From: Monocercomonoides exilis PA203
Taxonomy: Eukaryota; Protista; Preaxostyla
NCBI GenBank assembly: GCA_001643675.2
Contig: LSRY02000038.1
Coordinates: 620,001 to 684,000 of the forward strand
Reading direction: 5' to 3'
Length of the DNA stretch: 64,000 nt
The notes under the pieces are model-generated. The model had not been told where the DNA came from and made no database searches. It was given only the letters and a program-made list of their open reading frames with translations. A program made the translations under genes and the position numbers. Of this stretch, positions 48,992-61,867 are shown in pieces (positions within the stretch are counted from its first letter, which is position 1; each line of letters starts with the position of its first letter).

Positions 48992-51900
48992 ATGGACGAG
49001 TTTGGGTCTCAGTCGCTGAACGAGGTTTGAATTGCTGCATGCCATTTTAAAAATATGTAATTTAAATCGAATTATTATGATTGAAAACATGTACTATCAG
49101 AAATTGGACCAAACAAATCCTCCTTTATATTCATATTTAACCTCTTGCACTCATACTGGGACAAAACCTGTTATTGAGTTTGTTGTAGCACTACAAGATC
49201 AGCTTTCACTGAGATGTAACTTGTGCAACAGGAAAGTGCATTTGGTTAGAAAATAAAAATTTTTAAAAATTTTAGTTTTGATTCTATTAATAAATAAACA
49301 AATAACTATTTTTAATACAGAACAATGACGATGCGTATTGCATATCTGAAGCCCTTGCAAATGGTTCATCAATTCACTCTATAGATTTATCTGGAAATGA
49401 TATTTCAACTGATGGATTTTTGTCATTGTTGTCCTGGATTCCATCAGAGGAGCAGGTTCCGCAAAACTATAGTTTTTGCTTTGATGCAAATCCACTTGGC
49501 ATGGATTCCATGAAATCTCTTGAAGGAATTCAACCATCTTCAAACCTTGCAATAAATTTTATAAGCGTGTTATCTCTCCGTTCTACGCAAATTGGAGACG
49601 ACGGCCTAACAGCTTTATCTCAAAACATCCATTTGTTTTCCTCTCTTCGCTCCTTGGATCTTTCATCCAATTCGATAACATCAGCCGGAGTGCAGCAAAT
49701 GTGCTATGCTTTGCTGTCAAAATCCCAATCAGATCAAAATCGCACTTTCGATGGAAAAGACCAAGGAGAACCTCTGCTTCCACTTCAGTCTCTGAATCTG
49801 AGCCAGAACGAGATCGACGACGGCGGTGCGGCGTCGCTGGGGCAGCTGCTGAAATGGATGAAAGAGCCATTTCTTCTTCATTCATCGTCTGCTTCTGTGG
49901 TTTTAAATAGACCTCGTGCTGTTTGTGAGCTTAGGGCGCTTGTTTTGGATGGGAATCTGATTGGGAGCGGAGGGTGTGTGGCGATTGCAGAGGCGATTAG
50001 AAGTGAATGGAGAGGAGGAAAGGAAGGAAGAGGAGAAGGAGGAAGAGGAGAAAGAGAAGGAAGAGAAAAAGACGACGAAGATAATGAGGAAGAGGAAGAA
50101 GAAGGTATGCGAGGAAGAGAAAGAGAAGAAATTGGATATTCATCATCATCATCATCATCTTCTTCTTCTTCTCCTTTAAATGGCTTGTTTGTTAGCACAC
50201 TTCATCGTCTTTCTCTGAACAACAATCGAATTGGCGATGAAGGCATAGCTTCTCTTGTGAATCTTTTCACCCAACCAGCAAAGGAAAATTTGACAGATTT
50301 TGCAACAAATTCTTCTCCTTCTCCTTCTCCTTCTTCTCCTTCTGTTTATTCATCATCATCTTCTTCTTCTTCTACAGCATCTTCTTCCTCTCCCTTTTCA
50401 TTTGCATCTTTCCCTTCTTCTCCTTCTGCTCTTCCGTTTCTTTCTTCTCCATTAGCTTCCCCTATTAATCCATTAACATCTTCTTCTTCCTCTTCCTCTT
50501 CCTCATCCTCTTCATTCATTTATTGCCCTCTTCGTCATCTCCACATTTCATACAATCCATTCTCTCCTAATCTTCTTGCCTCTCTTCTTTTTGCTTGCTC
50601 TTCTCTTCCTTCTTCCTCTTCAACATTATCATCATCATCACCAAAATCATCATCTTCTTCTTCCTCTTCCTTTTCCTCTTCTTATTCTTATTCTTCTTCT
50701 TCTTCTTCTTCTCTTCTCCTTCCTCCTCTCCGCTGTCTCTGCTGTCGTGGTGTCCCTCTTCTTCCTTCTCTTTCCTCTCGCCAATCTTTGCAATCTCTTT
50801 CGAATTGCCCGTTTTTGCGCTGTTTGAGTGTGGATGTGGCAAATGAAGTGGTTGGGTGGAAAATGGATGAGATGATGAAGAGGAACACGAATATTGTGAG
50901 GTTGGAGTGTGGGATGATGGGGGAAGATGAGGGAGAAGGAGAAGGAGGAGAAGGAGAAGGAAGAGGAGAAGGAAGAGGAAGAAATTCTTCTTTATTTGCT
51001 GAAGTTTCATCATCATTGCCTTCTTTTTCTTCTTTAACAATAAGATCTTCATATAACTCTCCTAAGCCTCCAATGCTGACATCAACAAGAATTCCTCGAT
51101 TGTCAAGTATTTCTGGTTCAATTCCTTCTTCTTCTTCTTCTTCTTCTTCTTCTTCTTCTTCTTCTTCTTCTTCTTTCAATTCAACATTATCTTCTCGAAA
51201 TTCTATAAGTTCTTTGGGCACAACTTCATTTACTTCCTCTTCTTCTTCCAAATCTCCAAAACCTGCTTATTCATCATTTCCATCATCATCATCTTCTTCT
51301 TCTTCTTCCTCTTCCTCTTCCTCTTCCTCTTCTTCCTCTTCCTCTTCTTCTCCTTTCTCCTTCCCTTCCTTAAACACAAACCTTCCTCTTCCTCTTTCTT
51401 CTTCTCTTCTTTCTTCATTGAAAGTCAACCGTTTTATCTACGCTGAGCAGAAAATGAAGCAAATTCAATGCAAATTGAAAGAAATGAAGGTGAAAAGAAA
51501 GAAAGAAGAGGAAAAAGAAGAGGAAGAAGAAATAGGGGTGATGAAGACGCCATTGAGGATGGGTATGAGAGAGAGAGAGAGAGAGAGAGGAAGAAGAAGG
51601 AGAGAAGAAGGAGAAATGAATGAAGAAGAAGAAGAATTTGAAAATAGAGAAGGAAGAGAAGGAAGAGAAGGAAGAGAAAGAGAAGAGGAAGGAGAAGAAG
51701 AACTTTTGTTTGCTCTTTCTGAAGATCCCTTTGGAATGGACGATGATGACTATATCTTTTGTGAGTCTGCATTTGCTATGCCTTCTATTAATCCTTCATC
51801 ATCATCATCATCTTCTTCTTCTTCTTCTTCTCTTCTCCTCTCTCCTTATTTCTCCTTTGCGGATGATTGTTCTCTTGATGATTTTCATTGCCCTGGACGA

Positions 51901-54900
51901 GTTTGGGCGGCGATGAAGGCGAAGGAAGATTGGATTCAAGTTGTTTGTGAGAAGGAAGAGGAAGATGAGATGATTTGGGAAGAGAAGATGGAAAAGATGA
52001 GGTTGGGGAGAAGAAGAGGAAGAGGAGGAGGAAATGAAGGAGGAGGGAAAGAAGGAGAAAAAGAGGGGAAAAGAGGAAAAGAAGTGAAAATTAATCAAAA
52101 ATTTGGGAATAAAACGGAAAAAACTGCAATTTCAAAGAAGAATTCTGATAGTTCTATACAATCTCGAATAAATAGATGGTTGGATGATGTAGTGGAGAGA
52201 GAGAAGGAAAATAACGGATTGAGAATTTTGTTGGGAACGATGATGGATAAGCTGAAATCTCTTGCAGATTCAATGGCTGAAGCGGGGAATGAGGCAAAAT
52301 TGAAGGAGAAACAAAGAAATTTGGAAAAATCTAGTTATAATAACAGTAACACAATAAGAACTCTTAACACTTCTTCTCCTAAACTTCCGATAGAACCATC
52401 GAATCTTTCAATTTTATCTCAAAATTTACCTCTTTCTTCTCATTCCCGTGAGCTACTTCTTCACAATTCTCTTTCTCTTCTCTCTCAAAACTTATCCTGT
52501 CTCTCTCTTTCTCTCCAAAATGACATAAAAGACACACTTAGAGCAGTTCAGCAAAGAGATTCGCGTTTTCTTCTATCTGTTTGCGATTCTTTGTTTTCCC
52601 CAGTGTTGGAAGGGATTAAAGAGGACGTTAAAGAAATTAGCAAGGAAAGTGTGGAAGAAGCAGTGAAAAGGGGAATTGAAAGGGAAATGAATGCAGAAGA
52701 AGAGAAAGCGGTGGCAAAGATTGTGGAGCAGGTGTTGCCTGTGATGGAGGAGAAAGTGGTGATGGGGATAGAAAATAGGGTGGTGGAGATGTTATTGGAG
52801 GATGAAGATGAGGAAGAAGAGGGAGAAGAAGGAGAGGAAGGAGAGGAAGGAGAGGAAGAAGGAGAAGAGGAAGTGGAAAGAGAAGGAGAAGGAGAAGATT
52901 TATTTGAATCAACTAAAAAACCAAAAAGAACATCAAATAAACGAAAAACAGAGAAGAAGAAGAAGAAGAAAGCCCAAAAATTGCTTAGAAATGCATCAAG
53001 AGCAGTTGATTCCTATCAAGAGCAGCAGAAGAAGATGTTATTTAAGCAGTACGAAACACAGCCACTTCCACCGATGCTTAAAGAGGCGGTAGAGAACGCA
53101 TGTCAGGTTGTGCTGATGAAGTCGTTGGCGTTGGAGAAGGTGAGAGGAGGAGGAAGAGAAGAAGAAGAAAGGGAAGAGAAAGGAAGAGGGAGAAGAAAGG
53201 AAGAAGAAGAGGAGGAGGAGGAGGAAAGAGAAGAAGAAAGAGAAGAAGAGGAAAGAGAAGAAGGGGAAGAAGAAACGAATAAAATAGAAGATTTGCCGAA
53301 GCCTGTGGAATATACAAGATATGCTGACAAAGCATATAATGATGAGTTTGCAGAGGAAGAAGAAAGATGTTTGCCTTTGGGAATGACAAGAGAAGGAGAA
53401 GGAGAAGAAGATGATGAAAGAGAAAGAGAAAGAATTAATTCTTCTTCTTCTTCTTCTTCTTTACCATCGTCATCCCAATCATCTCAAATGAGTGCCGATC
53501 TTCTCAAAATGCTGGAAGAAACAGCAACTTTTGCTCATTCCTCGCCAATTTCCAGTCCTCAAACAAAGAAGTCGTTCAATTCTAATGCGATTCAGGTGGA
53601 ATTGGAAAAATTTGATTCGGTTGAGGAGGAAGAGAAGGAGAAGAAGACAATGATGAAAAGGAATAGGGAAGAAGAAGAAGAAGAAGAAGAAGATAGAGAA
53701 GAGGGAGGGGAAAGAGAAGAGGAAATGAAAGCGTACAAAAGAAATGCAGTGGAGAAAGGAGAAACATCATCAAAACCACCAAAATCTTCTAATTTGAACA
53801 CACAAAAGAAACAAAATGATACGAAACTTTCAAAGAAAAACAAACAAAACATCAAAAATAACAAGCAAAAATCCGAAAAATCCGAAAATTCATTTATTTT
53901 TGGTTCCTCTCCCGTTTCAATGGCTTTGAAGGAGTTTGTTTCCGCTGTTGTAGCAGAGCAATTGCAATCGATGAAGAAAGAAATGGCAAAAGAAGTTATT
54001 TCTGAATTGATTTCTTCAAAGGAGTTGTTGAATTCTCTTTCTGAGCTGCTAAAACCGATGATTTTACCTCCCCCTCCTTCGAAACAGGAAATTTTGAGGA
54101 AGAAAGAGGAAGAAATGAGGAAGAAGAAAGAAGAGGAAGAAGCGAAAGAACAGAAAAGAATCAGGAAATTGAAAGAAAAAGAGACAAAATTAGAGAAAGA
54201 GAGAGAAGAAAAAGCTGAAGAAAGAGAATTAGTTCTAAGACAATTGAGAGTTGAGGTTATGAGGGTGATGGAAGAGGAGAAAGAGGAAACAAGAAGAATT
54301 GTCAATGAAAGTGTTCAGGAGGAAGCTAAAAGAGCAAAAGATGAAGAAGAAATGATGAGGAAGAAGATGAAGGAGTTGGAAGATATGGGGAAGGAGAACA
54401 AGAGGAAATGGGAAGATAATCAATTGTTGGGAGATGTGAAGACGAAGACGATGGAAGAAGAGATTGCGGAGTTGCAGAGGGAGATGAGGAAGATAAAGGA
54501 GATGCTGGGGGTGGGAGAAGGAGAAGAAGGAGAAGAAGGGGAAGAAAGAAAAAGAGAAAGAGGAGAAGGAAAAGATAGAGAAGGAAGAAGAGAAGGAAGA
54601 GAAGGAGAAATTGCAGAGCCATTGATTATGAATGAGAAACCTTCAAATATTTCATCGCCATCTTCTTCTTCTTCTTCTTCTTCTTCCTCTCCTCTCTCTT
54701 CTTCCTCAAATGCCAATGCAACCTCTCAATCAATTGGATATGGAGAAAGCGATATTTCTCCACCAACTGCCTTAAATGCTAGTTTTGAATCACGTCCTTC
54801 TGTTTCTTCTTCTTCTTTTCCTGCATCATCTTCAGCATCAACATCATCAAAGTTTCCTTCTTCTTCTTCTTCTCCAACTTCTCCTTCTCCTTTATCTTCT

Positions 54901-55798
54901 TCTTCTTCTTCCAGTTCACAATTGCCTTCTCGTCCTCTTTCGATCAACAATCGCTTTGAAGCATTGGAAGCACGCCAATTGAAATTGGAACAAGAATTGT
55001 ATGATTTCCCTTTCTATCTGTTTCTTTTTCTCTTTTACTTTGTTTCTGTAATATCTCTATTATTTAATCAATATGTAATATGTAATATGCATTTTTAATT
55101 TTTTGCTGTTTTTTTAATGAAAAAACAATGTGATATCAATCTGTGTTTATTTTCATCTTTAACAAATTTTTTATATTTAATTTCGTTTTATTTATTTTTT
55201 CATTCATTTTCTACATGCATTTCTTTTTGTGTTTCTTTTTGTGTTTCTTTTTATATTTCTTTTTAATTTTTATATTTTTAAACTTCTTTCAATGTTTATT
55301 CATTTATTATTTTATCCCAATGATTTCTTGATTTCTTTATTTTTCTTTCGTTATTTCAGAATGGAAGTGCAGTCAACCTCAGCCCAAACGCTGCAGATGA
55401 TGACGAAGAAGACGATGAAGGAGTTCCAGAAGAGCAAAAAAGAGATGACAGAAATAGAATCAAGAATGAATAGATTGGAGCAGACGGTGTGAATAAATCG
55501 AATATAATGTGGAATGGGAATTGTTGATAATTGTCTTATATATAAAATATTATTTATATTTTTGTGTAATTTTATTTATATTTAATTTTATTTTATTTTA
55601 TTTATTTATTTATATCATTTTGTCTAATGTTTTCTTGTAATTTTTGTTTCTTTTCACATATTAACTTCCTTTCTTTATGGAAATTGATTTTTCTTTTTCT
55701 TTCTTTCTTTCAAACAGTTCAAAGAAGATTTGGAAGCAACGATTATGGCAACTGAGCGAATTATGAGGACTCAGCCATCTCCTCCACAAAGAAGATAA
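48992..55798 (+). CDS. Large RNI-like leucine-rich-repeat protein with coiled-coil and low-complexity tracts (5 exons)
   Basis: Exons 48992-49024, 49101-49235, 49321-54999, 55360-55486 and ~55717-55798 splice in frame. LRRs include LRSLDLSSNSITSAG, LQSLNLSQNEIDDGG, LRALVLDGNLIGSGG and LHRLSLNNNRIGDEG. Confidence 0.82.
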
Positions 55799-56321
55799 AA
55801 TTTTAAAAAGATTGAAGGGATAACGAAAAGAAGAAGATGACGATGATGAAGATAATGAAGATGAAGGGGAAGAGAAAGAAAGTAAAAAATAAATAAATAA
55901 ATAAAAATAGAACAACTTTAAAGTATATTTATGGAAATCAGTGAAGTATCTATTATTTTGGACGCATATATTTTTTACAATATTAACCAACAATTATGTG
56001 AAAGATAGATTTTTGTTTTTTTGAACTGTTTGTTTCAAGTCTTTTTCACATCAAAATCAACAATATGCAATTCACCAGAAAGATAACTTGATACATTTGT
56101 TGGAAGTTTTCTTGCTTCTTGAAAAGTATTTCGATAATTTTTCTTTTGTTCTTTCAAACAGTTTTCCTTTCCAACTCCTTTTCTTTTCTGTAATCTTTCT
56201 CTTTCTCTGTTTTTTTCAATCACAATTGGAATATTGATTTCTCATTCGGGGCTTTATCAGCATTTACAGATGATTTGATTTCTTGAACGATTTTGTGCGA
56301 ATAAACAAATTCATTACACAG

Positions 56322-57330
56322 GGTCACCTTTTTAATGGGATTTTTTTTTACTTATTGGTACTTTTTCAGTGTTTGCTCGCCAACAACCGAAAAGCGCTGA
56401 ATAGCTTTCAGCACTTTATAAATCCTTTTTAACCAGTTAAACTCTATTTATTAACTGTTTTCTTTTTTCTTTTTGTTTTTTACACATCGAGAAATTTCGA
56501 TTTTTTGCAATATTTAATAGGACTTTTTCTAGCCAACTGGGAATCGCTCAAGGAATTGGGGACATGCTTTGAATAGCATTTGCTTCGATCTATTAATCGT
56601 TAAATTCTTTTATTTGGCAATTTCTTTTTTCTTGATTTTTTCACATTTCAAATTTTCATTAACATGCTAACATTAAACTGATTATTTCTTTGTTAATATA
56701 ATGAAATGTTCAAAATAAAAATATGACATGATAAACAAATGCTTTAATAATGATGTGTTGTAAAAAATAAAACATTGCTTTTTTCTATTTGTTTCGAACA
56801 AATCAAAATAACAAAATTTAGATCACAGATCAAAAAAAGTCGGTTCCATTTGTCCGTTCGAAACAAATAGAAAAAAGCAATGTTTTATTTTAACAACATT
56901 TCATTATTAGAGTGTTTGTTCTTCTTGTCATATATTTATTTTTTGCATTTCATCATTTTTACAAAATAATAATCAATTTTGTGTTTGTGTGTTGATGAAA
57001 ATTTGAAATGTGAAAAAATCAAGAAAAAAGAAATTGCCAAATAAAAGAATTTAACGATTAATAGATCGAAGCAAATGCTATTCAAAGCATGTCCCCAATT
57101 CCTTGAGCGATTCCCAGTTGGCTAGAAAAAGTCCTATTAAATATTGCAAAAAATCGAAATTTCTCGATGTGTAAAAAACAAAAAGAAAAAAGAAAACAGT
57201 TAATAAATAGAGTTTAACTGGTTAAAAAGGATTTATAAAGTGCTGAAAGCTATTCAGCGCTTTTCGGTTGTTGGCGAGCAAACACTGAAAAAGTACCAAT
57301 AAGAAAAACAAGGTCACCTTTTTAATGGGA
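56322..57330. repeat. ~970-bp palindrome flanked by a 19-bp direct repeat
   Basis: Arms 56351-56659 and 56995-57303 are essentially perfect, followed by a diverged middle and a perfect inner patch 56764-56799/56856-56891. ggtcacctttttaatggga lies at 56322-56340 and 57312-57330. Confidence 0.92.
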
Positions 57331-58391
57331 CTTTATGTTATTATTGGACATAACTGTCAACTATTGTCATTCCTGTTAGTTTTATCTATTTATGATCGAG
57401 ATAATTTTCTGTTCAGAATTCTCAAAGAAACATTAACATGATTGGGAACAGATATGCATAGATTTCAACAGAATAAAGTTATGATAAATCACTTATCGTT
57501 GGAAAATTTTAACTTTTTTTGCATTCCTTAGATAAAAGCAGTTTTCCACACTTTTGAAGAAATACTATTGCATAATGTTTGCAGCGAATGTTTCAATTTT
57601 TTTTTCTATATCAAAATACTGATGAGTATTACCATAACATTTATAAGAACATTTTCTGTTTTCTTTTTTCTATAGAAAAAGCAAAAAAATTGTTGAAGAT
57701 GATTTCAGGCATTTGTTTCTTTTTAAAAATTTGAATATTCTCTGGATTATATTTGAAACTTTTCTTGTTGAATAACATTTTATGAATTATTTATTTCTTC
57801 ATTGTTATTGTTAATTGTGTATTGTAAAATGATTGTCAGACTCATTCAAACAAAAAACTTGACGGTATATGTGATGATTCATTTGCATTTGTATTTGACT
57901 TTTTTGAATATATATGAAGATTTAGTTTTTGAACTTGAGCTTTGCAAAGCTGTTATGCAAATGCAGAAAATTGATAACATAAATAATTTATAGAAGAAAT
58001 GAATGAGCAAGATTTTTCCGATTCTTCTACAGACGGATTGATTGAAAAATTAGAAAAAATTAATAAAAAAAAGTAATTATCATTACAAAATTTTGTGATT
58101 TTATTGAAGCGCAAATGTTTTTGGAATGCATTGCGTAATTCTACTTATATATACCAAAATTTTACGTTTTAAAAGTTACTTTTGAAAATGATTTTAAACG
58201 GCAATAAGCCCAATAAAGGAATGGAAGAAAAAAAGTTGAATGATCTTCGTGAGTGTTATCTAGGGTAATTGTTTTATAGAAACAAAAATTTTAATTATTA
58301 GTTTTTTCAAACCCGCTTTTCGAATTTTAATAATTGTATAAAGTATATAAAGAAAAGTCTGTAATTAGAATTTCAGACTAAATACCCATAA

Positions 58392-58480
58392 CTAATCTCT
58401 TATGGGGTGAGATGGAAATTTTAACTCCTCCATCTTTGATTAGTGCCTTCCCTGAGGAGATTAGGTAATAGCAACGGGGC
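58392..58480 (+). other. Second copy of the GC-rich foldable island
   Basis: ctaatctct/ggagattag and gagatgga/tccatctt stems, and the 3' tail atagcaacggggc is identical to copy 1. Confidence 0.5.
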
Positions 58481-58640
58481 TAATTAAGTTGGATTTCAAT
58501 CGAAAGTATTTTTTAAGTGTATTTTCATTTCAAAAGTATTTTCTTTTAAAAATATAAATTAGTTCATAACCAGAATATTTTTTGAAAAGAGTGTTATCAA
58601 AAATAAAAAAGAAAAAGGATAAATTAATATTCGAAATCAA

Positions 58641-60183
58641 ATGATGTCATTTGATTACAGATGTTTCGAAAACCGTTTGGAACGAATGGCAACAATCGTT
58701 ATAAATAGAAAGGAAAGGATAGTTGATGCAGTGAATCTACATGAGTTCAGCCGTTCTACCATCAACAGAGCGATTACAGCTTTGGAAAATAAAAGGAAAG
58801 TTGGTAAAACAGGTCACCCAGAGCTACTAACAGATGAAGAAAAGAAAACAGTTGAGGAAGTCATTCGCTGTGAAAGTTCAAGTGGAGTGAGCATTTCTGT
58901 TTCTCAAATGAAACAATTGGTTTGTGTTATAATTTCTATTATTTTGATATTTAATAACTTCAATTTTTTAAAGATGGAATCAGTGCTAACTGACAGAAAA
59001 ATTCGAAGTGGAGAAGAAGAAAATCAGGAAAGTGAAAATATCAAAATCAACACCATATTCGTTTGTAAAACATAATCCAGATCTTAAAACATTTATTCCT
59101 TTCAACGTTGAAATTTAACTTTTATCTTTGTCAAACAATCAGCCTCTTCAACTTTTCTTTTCTCATCTTCAATCACTTCATGACTTTCACAAATATTCAC
59201 CATCTCTCTTCTATAACACTGATGAATCCTCTCTTTGCCTTTTTAACTCAACAAAAACGTACAGCTTCTCTATAAGATGTACCAGAAGGATATTCAACAG
59301 CACCGATAGACATGAGAAACACAACGCCTGTGGATGCAGCAGCTGCTTATGGTTTTTTTTTTGCCAAGTTTTATTCTTTGACCGTCAAAGAAATTACCAC
59401 AAGAAATGAAGGTCTTGCCCAGCCCACAGCTTCACGCCTGGGCAGACAATGATGGATGGATGACGGATGCATTGTTTGCCCGATATGCTGAAGAGATTCT
59501 ACTACCAGGAATCGTTCAAAGAAGATAATTACTCAATCAGAACGAAAATATAAGCTTGCCTTTTTGATTCACATCCTTCAAGAGCACAGAAAGTTCTGAG
59601 GCAAAAATTGGCAGATGCATCAATTGATGTTGTCACATTTATTCCACACAGCACTCATCTAACACCACTACTTAATTGCAGAGTTTTTGTTGTTTTTAAA
59701 AAATGTTTCAATTCCGATTATGTTGTTCCATCTTTTTCTTCAGTCTCTCTTCGACGAAAAGCAGTTGCAGATGCCCTGCCTCAGGCTTTACAAATAGTAT
59801 TGCTTCCTTCTACAATTCATTCTGCTTTAGAAAAGAGCGGCATGCCGTTAGGACAGTCGAATTCTGTTTTTGCAAAGTTACCTGAAACTCCTTCAGTTCA
59901 GCTGAAAAGAAAATCCCATTGGTTCAATTTCCATGGGAAAAATATTTCGGATCAATCATTTTTGGATGAATGGAAAGAATACAAAAAGATGAAAGAGGAG
60001 AAGAAAATTGATGATTCTATGGAAGAAAAAATAGAAAAAGATTTGTTTAATAAAGAGAATCCAAAAAAAAGAAAAATATTCACATCCCAAATTTTAAAAG
60101 ATGATAATTTTGAAGATGATAATGAACGAAGGAATACTAGAAAAAATATGAAAAGAGAATTAATGGATTATATTTACTATTGA
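58641..60183 (+). pseudogene. DDE_1 transposase, frameshifted
   Basis: Same intron (58920-58973), with FYNTDES, GWMTD, DSHPSR and HSTHLTPLLN spread over different frames. Confidence 0.85.
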
Positions 60184-61867
60184 TTGTTGCATTTTTTCGA
60201 AAATCTCAACATGCGATTTATAAAAAATTATTCATTTTTATCAAAAAATTAAAACTATGTCCTGATAAAAAAATCACCCTAATGCATTTTGGCTCAGTGT
60301 ATTTTTTTGAATCAGACGAATTTATTTCAATTTGCACAACCCGTCTTTTGGAAGTTTCTCTGGATAAAAAGAAAAATGGAGAAACACATAAAGACGTTGT
60401 ATTTTCTTTCTGGCTTTGAGTAACAAGGAAAGAATTAAAGAATACATTCAATTCTTATTGAGAGATTTTAAACTTCTTATTTATTAAAAAAAACATTACG
60501 AACAATATTTTCTTCTTTAATGAGTAGGATATAGAACGAAGCTTTTTACACAAAAAATTGGATGAAGTCATAAAATATCATCAGAAATAACACAACCACA
60601 CTCACCTCGCCTATCATTCAGCTTGGCACATTCTCGTTGAGATATTATTTGAAGACAATGAATCAAGAATTAAATATGTGAACAAGTTGCATTTTGCGAG
60701 TGGAGTGACAGGAATTAGATGAGCTGTCGAAATGTGTTGATTGGCAGAAAAATGATAAAAAAATGAAAGAAATGACAGAATTATTCATTCTAGAAAGATG
60801 GAAGTCAACAATATACGAAATTCTCACTTATTTGATATACAAGATAAAGCAGAACAATCTAATATTTTGAGGCATCTTAAAAATATGCAGATTATTAAGG
60901 AGTCAACACAAACAGTTTTTCAGTTCATTCTTTCGCGTTTTTATTCCTCTGACAACGGTTAATGAGAAGCACGAAATTAACTTGCTGAAATTTGTTGTGG
61001 TTGATTTTTTCCTGGCTGAATTATTTCAACCAACAATGGATGACACACTTTCTGAAAGCTGTTTATCGTTTCAAGTTCAACTTCAGACAAATTTCATTTG
61101 GCGCCCCGAAGATTAAAAGGAAAAGAAGATAAATTATGCAATGAAAAAGGATATTTATTCTAAACTGGAAGAAGAAGGATATGAAGATGCAGCGTTTGGT
61201 TTTGAAAAATTGAGCATATTCAGTCAATTTACAGGGTTATTTGGCAACGCTCTTGGTTTGCTTTTTTTCTTTATCAATTAAACTTGAAGCTTTCTTCTCT
61301 CAGAATTATTATTTCTAATGTTATGCAGATTTTCTTGTTAAATATTCTCTTCTCTTATCTTTTTAAATGAGTCAAAAATGTTTAATGTTGTAAGATATTC
61401 TATGTTGCTTTATGTATCGAAAAGACTTTCTTTTTTGAAGTTTGTTTCCTTCATTCATTCTAAATCTATTGCATATTTTTCTTAAGAATTTATGAAAGAA
61501 TTTTTAAAATGTATTTGTTATTACAAAATTATATGTAGTTTTTGCTGTATGTTTTAATTATTATTGTTATAATGATTTTTTATTTTGCAATGAAAATGCC
61601 AAAAATCTATAAAAGTGCAGAATAATGTTTGTCAATAAAAAAAAAGACAAAAATTAAGAAACAGACAAAAAATAAAGATTAGATTAAATAACTTGTTAGT
61701 AATTCTTTGCACTCAATAAATCTTTCAATTTTCACGTAAATATTATTTAAATAATTTTTTATGAAAAAATAAAACTTAAAAACTATTCAAATATTAAATG
61801 AAGAATCAACTTGACAGGCATAAGCGCAAAATATGCCATCGAAAAATAAATAAATAAAATTTAAAAT

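Larger units (their letters stand above)
58263..60279 (+). mobile_element. pogo-like DNA transposon copy 2
   Basis: GGGT...ACCC termini with a TA TSD at 58261-58262 and 60280-60281. The empty site restores the host reading frame. Confidence 0.9.
57900..61280 (+). pseudogene. Decayed ~470-aa family member split by the pogo-like element
   Basis: Removing 58263-60281 rejoins LNDLRECY-L-MHFG...FISICTTRLLEVSLDK. Downstream fragments include HNHTHLAYHSAW, ELDELSKCVDW and KLEEEGYED. Confidence 0.75.
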
